A stretch of 64,000 bases of DNA. Source: Collinsella sp. (lineage in GTDB: Bacteria > Actinomycetota > Coriobacteriia > Coriobacteriales > Coriobacteriaceae). How positions within the stretch are numbered: position 1 is the first letter of the stretch; each line of letters starts with the position of its first letter. Position numbers and translations under genes: made by a program. Shown here one piece after another: positions 57,087 to 64,000 of the stretch. A model generated the notes under the pieces. That model was not told the origin of the DNA, searched no databases, and saw only the letters and a program-made list of their open reading frames with translations. Location: positions 8,918-72,917 of the forward strand of contig JAHYYO010000002.1 of NCBI GenBank assembly GCA_019424925.1, given 5' to 3'.

Positions 57087-60000
57087 TTAAGCGAAGTAGG
57101 CCACGCCGCTCTCAAAGATCGGCATGAACTTATCGCCGGGGACATGCTCGGGCACGTTGCGGTACAGGTTGTCGCCGCGACGCTCGGCATGGCCCATCTT
57201 GCCCAGGACGCGGCCGTCGGGGCTCGTGATGCCCTCGATGGCGAGTGCGGAGCCGTTGGGGTTGACGGAGAGATCCATGCTGGGCTTGCCGTTCTCGCCC
57301 ACGTACTGCGTGGCGACCTGGCCGTTGGCGATCAGCTGGGCGAGCACTTCGTCATTGGCGACAAAGCGGCCCTCGCCGTGGCTGATGGCGACGGTGTAGG
57401 GGTCGTCCAGGCTGCACTGCGACAGCCACGGGGACAAGTTGGACGAGATGCGGGTGCGCACCAGACGGCTCTGGTGGCGACCGATGGTGTTGAACGTCAA
57501 CGTGGGCGCATCGGGCGTGGCGTCGACGATGTCGCCGTAGGGCACCAGACCGAGCTTGATCAGGGCCTGGAAGCCGTTGCAGATGCCCAGCATCAGGCCA
57601 TCGCGGGCCTTGAGCAGGTCGCGGACTGCCTCGGTGACCTCGGGAGCGCGGAAGAACGCCGTGATGAACTTGGCGGAGCCGTCGGGCTCGTCGCCGCCCG
57701 AGAAGCCGCCGGGGATCATGACGATCTGGCTTGCACGGATGCGGCGGGCAAGCTCGTGGGTGCTCTCGGCGACGGCCTCGGGCGTGAGGTTGTTGATCAC
57801 GAAGGTGTCGGCCTCGGCACCGGCGGCACGGAAGGCGCGGGCGCTGTCGTACTCGCAGTTGTTGCCGGGGAACACGGGGATGATCACGCGCGGGCGGGCG
57901 ATCTTGGCGCCGCCGTACACGTGGATATCCTTGGCGCGGAAGTCGATGGTCTCGACCTCGGGGGTCTCGCCGGCGCTGCGGTAGGTGAAGACGCCCTCGA
58001 TGCCGCTCTCCCAGGCCTCCTGGAGCTCGGAGAGCTCGATGACTTCGGAACCGGTGTCGATGACATAGCCCTCGACGGTGGTGCCCAGGGGCTCGACGAC
58101 AACGCCGTCGGCGACCTCGGGCAGCTCGGCATCCTCGGCGAGCTCGACGATAAAGCTGCCGTAGAGCGGGGTGAAGAGGCTCTCCACGTCTACATCCTCG
58201 GCAAGCTCGATACCGATCTGGTTACCGACGCACATCTTAAAGAGGCTCTCGGCGCCGCAGCCGTAGCCGGGCGTGGAGATGGCCAGGGCGTTGCCGTTGG
58301 CGGTGAGCGCCTCGACGGCGTCAAACGCGGCGAGCAGCTGCTGGGCGTCGGGGCGGTAATCCTCGCCGTAGGTGGCGGGGGCGATGCGGACGACGCGGTG
58401 CGTGAGGCCCTTGAACTCGGGCGAGACGGCGCGGGCGGCCTTGCCCACGGCGACGGCGAAGCTGATCAGGGTCGGCGGAACGTTGAGCTCGCCGGTCTCG
58501 TCCTCAAACGAACCGCTCATGGAGTCCTTGCCGCCGATGGCACCGGCACCCAGGTCGACCTGAGCCATAAGGGCACCCAGGACGGCAGCCATGGGCTTGC
58601 CCCAGCGCTCTGCTTCGGTGCGCAGGCGCTCGAAGTACTCCTGGAAGGAGAGGTAGGCGCGCTTGTGCTCAAAGCCGGCGGCAACGAGCTTGGCGATGGA
58701 CTCGACCACGGACAGGTAGGCGCCCGCAAACTGGTCGGCCTCCATCAAATAGGGGTTGAAGCCCCATGCCATGGCACTCGCTGTGGTGGTCTCGCCGTCC
58801 ACGGGGAACTTGGCGACCATGGCCGAGCTCGGGGTGAGCTGCGTCTTGCCGCCAAAGGGCATGAGCACGGTCGCGGCGCCGATGGTGGAGTCGAAGCGCT
58901 CGGAAAGGCCCTTGTTGGAAGCGACGTTGAGGTCGGTGACGAGCGAGGTCATGCGCTCGGCGAGCGTGGTACCGGCCCAGCTGGGCTGCCACACACTGCG
59001 GGCGCAGACGTGGGCGACCTGGTGCTTGGGCGCACCGTTGGAGTTGAGGAACTCGCGGGACAGATCGACGATGGCGACGCCGTTCCAGGCCATGCGCATG
59101 CGCGGCTCGGCGGTAACCTCGGCGATAACGGTCGCCTCCAGGTTCTCCTCGGCGGCGTAGCCCATGAACTCCTCGACGTCACCGTCGGCGACGGCGCAGG
59201 CCATGCGCTCCTGGGATTCAGAGATGGCGAGCTCGGTGCCGTCAAGACCGTCGTACTTCTTGGTCACGGTATCAAGGTCGACATACAGGCCGTCGGCAAG
59301 CTCGCCTACAGAGACCGAGACACCGCCGGCGCCAAAGTCGTTGCAGCGCTTGATCAGACGGCAGGCATCGCCGCGGCGGAACAGGCGCTGCAGCTTGCGC
59401 TCGACCGGGGCGTTGCCCTTCTGGACCTCGGCGCCCGATGTCTCGATGGACTCGGTGTTCTGGGTCTTGGAGGAGCCGGTGGCACCGCCGATGCCGTCAC
59501 GGCCGGTGCGGCCGCCCAACAGGATGATCTTGTCGGTGGGGGCGGGGCACTCGCGACGCACGTGGTTTGCCGGGGTAGCGCCCACGACGGCGCCGACCTC
59601 CATGCGCTTGGCGACGTAGCCGGGGTGATAGAGTTCGTTGACCTGACCGGTGGCAAGGCCGATCTGGTTGCCGTAGCTGGAGTAGCCGGCGGCAGCAGTG
59701 GTCACGAGCTTACGCTGCGGCAGCTTGCCCTCGAGCGTCTCGGACACGGGGACGGTGGGGTCGCCGGCGCCGGTGACACGCATGGCCTGGTACACGTAGC
59801 TGCGGCCCGACAGCGGGTCGCGGATGGCACCGCCCACGCAGGTGGCGGCACCGCCGAAGGGCTCGATCTCGGTCGGGTGGTTGTGGGTCTCGTTCTTAAA
59901 GAGGAACAGCCAGTCCTGGTCCTCGCCGTCGACATCGACCTTCACCTTGACGGTGCAGGCGTTGATCTCCTCGGACTCGTCGACATCGGTCATGACGCCG

Positions 60001-60833
60001 GTCTTCTTGAGGTACTTGGCGCCGATGGTGCCCATGTCCATGAGGCAGACGGGCTTGGTGTCGCGACCGAGTTCGTGGCGCATCTCCATGTAGCGGTCGA
60101 AGGCCTGCTGCACCACGGCGTCGTCGATCGTCACGTCGTCCAGGACGGTGCCGAAGGTGGTGTGGCGGCAGTGATCGGACCAGTAGGTGTCGATCACGCG
60201 GATCTCGGTGATGGTGGGGTCGCGATCCTCATCGCGGAAGTACTGCTGGCAGAAGGCGATGTCCGCCTCGTCCATGGCAAGGCCGCGCTCGGAAATAAAG
60301 GCGGCAAGGCCGGCTTCGTCGAGCTCGCGGAAACCGTCGAGCACCTCGACGGGCTGGGGCTCGGGGGTCTCCATGTACAGCGTCTCGGGCAGGTCGAGCG
60401 AGGCGATGCGCGCCTCGACGGGGTTCACCACGTAGTGCTTGATGGCATCAATGGCGGCCTCGTCCAGAGCGCCCGAGATCATATAGACCTTGGCGGAGCG
60501 CACGGCGGGGCGCTCGCCCTGGCTGATGAGCTGCACGCACTCGCTGGCGGAGTCGGCGCGCTGGTCAAACTGGCCAGGCAGGAATTCGACGGCAAAGACG
60601 GCGCCATCGCTTGCGGGGAGCTCGTCGTAGGTCACATCGACCTGGGGCTCGCTAAAGACGGTCGGCACGCAGGACCGGAAAAGCTCCTTGTCGATGCCCT
60701 CGACGTCGTAGCGGTTGATAATCCTCAGGGCCTCGATGCCCTTGATGCCGAGAATTTCGGTCAGCTCGCCCTTGAGCTGCTGAGCCTCGACGTCGAACCC
60801 GGGTTTCTTCTCCACGTAGATACGAGAGACCAT
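57087..60833 (-). CDS. purL: Phosphoribosylformylglycinamidine synthase (large single-chain type)
   Basis: PGQFDQRA, WSDHCRH, KNETHNHPT, DFGAGG, GGFSGGD, GICNGFQ, MGHAER. Confidence 0.95.
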   Translation of the reverse strand: MVSRIYVEKKPGFDVEAQQLKGELTEILGIKGIEALRIINRYDVEGIDKELFRSCVPTVFSEPQVDVTYDELPASDGAVFAVEFLPGQFDQRADSASECVQLISQGERPAVRSAKVYMISGALDEAAIDAIKHYVVNPVEARIASLDLPETLYMETPEPQPVEVLDGFRELDEAGLAAFISERGLAMDEADIAFCQQYFRDEDRDPTITEIRVIDTYWSDHCRHTTFGTVLDDVTIDDAVVQQAFDRYMEMRHELGRDTKPVCLMDMGTIGAKYLKKTGVMTDVDESEEINACTVKVKVDVDGEDQDWLFLFKNETHNHPTEIEPFGGAATCVGGAIRDPLSGRSYVYQAMRVTGAGDPTVPVSETLEGKLPQRKLVTTAAAGYSSYGNQIGLATGQVNELYHPGYVAKRMEVGAVVGATPANHVRRECPAPTDKIILLGGRTGRDGIGGATGSSKTQNTESIETSGAEVQKGNAPVERKLQRLFRRGDACRLIKRCNDFGAGGVSVSVGELADGLYVDLDTVTKKYDGLDGTELAISESQERMACAVADGDVEEFMGYAAEENLEATVIAEVTAEPRMRMAWNGVAIVDLSREFLNSNGAPKHQVAHVCARSVWQPSWAGTTLAERMTSLVTDLNVASNKGLSERFDSTIGAATVLMPFGGKTQLTPSSAMVAKFPVDGETTTASAMAWGFNPYLMEADQFAGAYLSVVESIAKLVAAGFEHKRAYLSFQEYFERLRTEAERWGKPMAAVLGALMAQVDLGAGAIGGKDSMSGSFEDETGELNVPPTLISFAVAVGKAARAVSPEFKGLTHRVVRIAPATYGEDYRPDAQQLLAAFDAVEALTANGNALAISTPGYGCGAESLFKMCVGNQIGIELAEDVDVESLFTPLYGSFIVELAEDAELPEVADGVVVEPLGTTVEGYVIDTGSEVIELSELQEAWESGIEGVFTYRSAGETPEVETIDFRAKDIHVYGGAKIARPRVIIPVFPGNNCEYDSARAFRAAGAEADTFVINNLTPEAVAESTHELARRIRASQIVMIPGGFSGGDEPDGSAKFITAFFRAPEVTEAVRDLLKARDGLMLGICNGFQALIKLGLVPYGDIVDATPDAPTLTFNTIGRHQSRLVRTRISSNLSPWLSQCSLDDPYTVAISHGEGRFVANDEVLAQLIANGQVATQYVGENGKPSMDLSVNPNGSALAIEGITSPDGRVLGKMGHAERRGDNLYRNVPEHVPGDKFMPIFESGVAYFA

Positions 60834-61017
60834 TGGTTCCTGCCTTCCTGATCGGTTGGGCGTACGGTACGGTATGCGGCAGCGGTCGGTTTGCGGGGTC
60901 TGCCCTGCGGTCGCCTTGAGCCACATGTTTGTAAACCTCACTATGATACGACAGCTCGCGGCGCGTTGAGGACGGCGAGGGTGCTACAGTGAAGCGCAAA
61001 CAAGAGAAAGGCATCAC

Positions 61018-62580
61018 ATGGCATTCGTTTCGCTCGCCATCATCGCACTCGTGGCCTTTGCGAGTCCTTTTATCGCCTCCGCGATTCCCGGAAAACCCGT
61101 TCCCGAGACGGTCTTTTTGCTCGTGCTCGGCGCGGTACTGGGACCCCATATGCTCGGCGTCATCCATGTAGATGCTGAGGTCTCGCTTGTGTCCGAGCTG
61201 GGCCTGGCCTTTTTGTTCCTGCTTGCCGGCTTTGAGATCGACCCCAAGAGCATCACGGGCGTCGAGGGGCGCTACGGCTTGGCGACGTGGGTCGTCACGT
61301 TTGGTATCGCCTGGCTTGCCGTGCGCTTTACCCCGTGGTTCTCAGTCAGTCATTTCGACGGTATCGCCGTGACGCTTGCCCTCACTTCGACGGCGCTCGG
61401 TACGCTTGTGCCCATCATGCGTGAGCGCTCGCTCACCGGCACGCGCGTGGGCGACTCGATTCTCGCGTATGGCACTTGGGGCGAGCTCGGTCCCGTGCTC
61501 GCCATGTCGGTGCTGTTGTCTGCCCGCACTGGCATCCAAACGCTCGTTATCCTTGGCTTGTTTGCGGTGGTTTGCGTGTTGCTGGCCGTGGTCCCGAGCC
61601 GCTCCAAGCGCGTCGGCAGCCGCTTCTTTGCATTTGTTGAGGAGCGCGCCGATACCACGTCGCAGACCTTCGTGCGCCTGACGGTGCTCATCCTGGTCAC
61701 GCTCGTGGCGTTCTCGGCTGTCTTTGATCTCGACATCGTGTTGGGTTCTTTTGCCGCCGGCTTTGTCCTGCGCTATATCATCCCCGAGGGCAACCATACG
61801 CTCGAGACCAAGCTCGACGGTCTGGCCTACGGTTTTTTGATTCCGGTGTTCTTTACCGTATCGGGCGCAAAGATCGATCTGACGGCCGTGGCGTCGCGCC
61901 CGGGTCTGCTCGTGGGCTTTATCGTGGCGTTGTTGATTATTCGTGCCGTGCCCATTCTTATTTCCATGAGCATTTGTCCTGCGACGCGCGATGTGTCGGC
62001 GTATGGTCGCATTACCGTGGCCCTGTACTGCACCACGGCGCTGCCGATCATCGTTGCCGTTACGAGCGTTGCCGTCAACGCGGGCGCGCTGTCGCAAGAT
62101 ATTGCGTCGGTCATGGTTGCCGCCGGTGCCATCACGGTGTTCTTGATGCCATTGCTCGCGCAGCTCTTCTACCGCGTGGTGGATGCCGCACCGGTCGCCG
62201 CCGTGGCAGAGGTTGCCGAGCATCCATCCGATGCGCTCGACATCTTGCGCGCCCACCACGACCTAGCGAGCTTGCTCGCGCGCGAGCATGAGCTACTGAC
62301 TTCGCATGGCCATGGTCGCGTATTCGAGGGCCTGCCTACGCTCGATACGATTGCCGAGCGTCTTTCCGCCGAGGCAGCGAGCGGCCACATCGATGCCCGC
62401 ATCGTGGACGCGGCGCACCTGCTTGCCGATAAGACCTATGGAGACGAGGTCGACCCGTCCGAGCTGACTCCGCGTGAGCGCCGCCGCCTGGAGCGCGCCA
62501 AGCTCGCTGTGCGCGAATACCGCCGCCGCATGCTGGAGCTCTATGCGCGCGAAGAAGCCGAAGACGACGACGGTAAGTAG
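61018..62580 (+). CDS. Cation:proton antiporter (CPA2/KefB-like)
   Basis: About 12 TM helices; ELGLAFLFLLAGFEID, TSTALG, GFLIPVFF; soluble C-terminal tail. Confidence 0.82.
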   Translation: MAFVSLAIIALVAFASPFIASAIPGKPVPETVFLLVLGAVLGPHMLGVIHVDAEVSLVSELGLAFLFLLAGFEIDPKSITGVEGRYGLATWVVTFGIAWLAVRFTPWFSVSHFDGIAVTLALTSTALGTLVPIMRERSLTGTRVGDSILAYGTWGELGPVLAMSVLLSARTGIQTLVILGLFAVVCVLLAVVPSRSKRVGSRFFAFVEERADTTSQTFVRLTVLILVTLVAFSAVFDLDIVLGSFAAGFVLRYIIPEGNHTLETKLDGLAYGFLIPVFFTVSGAKIDLTAVASRPGLLVGFIVALLIIRAVPILISMSICPATRDVSAYGRITVALYCTTALPIIVAVTSVAVNAGALSQDIASVMVAAGAITVFLMPLLAQLFYRVVDAAPVAAVAEVAEHPSDALDILRAHHDLASLLAREHELLTSHGHGRVFEGLPTLDTIAERLSAEAASGHIDARIVDAAHLLADKTYGDEVDPSELTPRERRRLERAKLAVREYRRRMLELYAREEAEDDDGK

Positions 62581-62595
62581 TCGATACTTTCTCGG

Positions 62596-62765
62596 GGAAG
62601 CCGCGTCCCGCTTTGAAGGCTCGGAACGGGATGTGGTTTCCGAAACGGGGGCCGTTGGGAAGCTGTGTCCCGGAATGGGCGCTCAGAGTGGGATGCAGTT
62701 TCCGCGAGAGGCTCGTTAGGGAAAGCGCATCCCATTCTGAGCCGGAATTATGGGACGCAGTTTCC
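62596..62765. repeat. Tandem array of three 46-bp palindromic units, 62-bp period
   Basis: GGAAGCCGCGTCCCG/CGGGATGTGGTTTCC, GGAAGCTGTGTCCCG/TGGGATGCAGTTTCC, GGAAAGCGCATCCCA/TGGGACGCAGTTTCC at 62596, 62658 and 62720. Confidence 0.82.
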
Positions 62766-63000
62766 TTTTCGAATAGAAGGAGGTGCGCTGCCTGCGGTTG
62801 ATGCAGACAGCGTGCCTTCTTGCATAAAGCTCTGCTGAGGTTTGAAATTAGCTCGCTATGTAAAAAAGAACCCTTAATTCCCAATACTTCAAATTCTGAA
62901 ATTAGACAATGCATTTCTTGAGTCTTAATTGCAAATATCGGATATATTCGAAATAATGAAAGACGATTAAGCTATTTGATTTCAAAGGAGCGATGAAGCG

Positions 63001-64000
63001 ATGGCGTACAAGACGCTCGAAAAACTCTTTTATGCAGATCCAAGCTCCGATCGTTATGCTTGCCATGACGAGCTGCTGCGCGAGCGCCTTACTGCCGACG
63101 GCACGGTGCGGACTGGAATTCACCTTGAGCATGGTGAACTGTTCGCTTGTGTTCCTTTGAACCTGTCCGTTGCTAGCGAGCGGATCCTCAGAAAAGAGCG
63201 AAAGATTTCCAACCTGTGGAACAGCTTGCCTTATGTGGCTTTGGGGGCCTCGATTCGTTCGCTGGTGCTTGAGGAGGTTGTTTTCAGCAACGAGATGGAG
63301 GGTGTGCACAGCACGCGGCGCCAGATTGAAGCGGCGCTGGAGTCTGCGGAGGATGCTGCGGCCGAACTTTGCGGTGCCGCCGAAAAGGAGCACACTCCTT
63401 TTATTGAATTCGCTCGCCTCTACCTTCAGCTGGTGGATGGTTCAAGTCGTCCCGGCAAACCCGAGGATATTCGCGAGATTTTCGATGCCGTCACTAAGGG
63501 CGTGCTTGACCCGAAGGACCGTCCGGATGGCAAGATGTTCCGTTTGGGTCCCGTTGTGATTGAGAACAGTCGGGGCAAGATTCTCCATCAGGGTGTTTCC
63601 TCGGAGCCCGAAATCATTGACCTCCTTGGCAAGATGATAGAGTTGGGCAATCGCGAAGATGTCCCAAGCCTCTATGCAGCCTCAATCTGCCATTTTCTCT
63701 TTGAGTATATTCACCCCTTCTATGACGGTAACGGGAGAACGGGGAGGTATCTTCTCGCGTTGAGCCTGAACGAGACGTTGTCGCAGCCTACGGTGTTGTC
63801 GCTCTCTAGGACGATTGCTGAGAATAAAACCGCATATTACAAGGCGTTTGACGTGGTGGAGAGGCCCCTTAACGGTAGCGAGGCTACTCCGTTTGTTGCA
63901 ATGATGCTTGATTTGGTCGAGCAAGCGCAAGATGCCGTTCTGAGCGATTTGGCCGAAAAGCGCGTACAACTCGATGATCTCAAGCGGGCGATCGATGAAC
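63001..64000 (+). CDS. Fic-domain protein (runs off the window)
   Basis: Manual translation MAYKTLEKLFY...SNEMEG...HFLFEYIHPFYDGNGRTGRY in frame; AAGGAG RBS. Confidence 0.88.
   Translation, partial: MAYKTLEKLFYADPSSDRYACHDELLRERLTADGTVRTGIHLEHGELFACVPLNLSVASERILRKERKISNLWNSLPYVALGASIRSLVLEEVVFSNEMEGVHSTRRQIEAALESAEDAAAELCGAAEKEHTPFIEFARLYLQLVDGSSRPGKPEDIREIFDAVTKGVLDPKDRPDGKMFRLGPVVIENSRGKILHQGVSSEPEIIDLLGKMIELGNREDVPSLYAASICHFLFEYIHPFYDGNGRTGRYLLALSLNETLSQPTVLSLSRTIAENKTAYYKAFDVVERPLNGSEATPFVAMMLDLVEQAQDAVLSDLAEKRVQLDDLKRAIDE

Noticed and set aside
56772..60851. 1359-aa ORF antisense to purL, and similar long antisense ORFs over kup, the helicases, elp3 and DUF2130
   Set aside because: Shadow frames expected from high-GC codon bias; no motifs, and the opposite strand has clear genes.
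60834..60950. ZTP or PRPP riboswitch upstream of purL
   Set aside because: The conserved motifs were not found on the minus strand.
62596..62765. Possible CRISPR array
   Set aside because: Only three degenerate units, 16-bp spacers, alternating arm orientation, no cas genes.

Overview
A GC-rich chromosomal window from an anaerobic gut actinobacterium; gene content and protein style suggest Coriobacteriia, probably Collinsella-like (inference). It holds about 50 mostly housekeeping or metabolic genes: TPP riboswitch-thiM, LysR/MetE-II, NCS2 permeases, bile salt hydrolase, Kup, HTH-fused alanine aminotransferase, pdxST-pdxR, reverse rubrerythrin, ADH/ALDH, FAD oxidoreductase-EtfAB, KdgT, GGDEF, purL and a Fic protein. 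No rRNA, tRNA, CRISPR array, transposase or integrase was recognised. Highlights: (1) a tRNA-modification neighbourhood where an Elp3 radical-SAM/KAT gene lies about 2 kb from a methyltransferase with Trm9/ALKBH8 signature motifs and near trmB, a candidate bacterial eukaryote-like cm5U->mcm5U wobble pathway; (2) three exactly 119-bp inverted-repeat elements with a fixed-offset TACCTGCGG core, two of which bracket a DUF559/Vsr-like nuclease gene; (3) a Shango-type defence operon with a LexA box in its promoter; (4) an acidic/MarR-like/RGG-repeat protein; (5) two atypical peptide deformylase paralogues; (6) several other palindromic repeat families, a 59-aa protein missing from the ORF track, an internally deleted azlC, and a probable island of secreted proteins. 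All family calls come from motif recognition by eye; no database searches were run.
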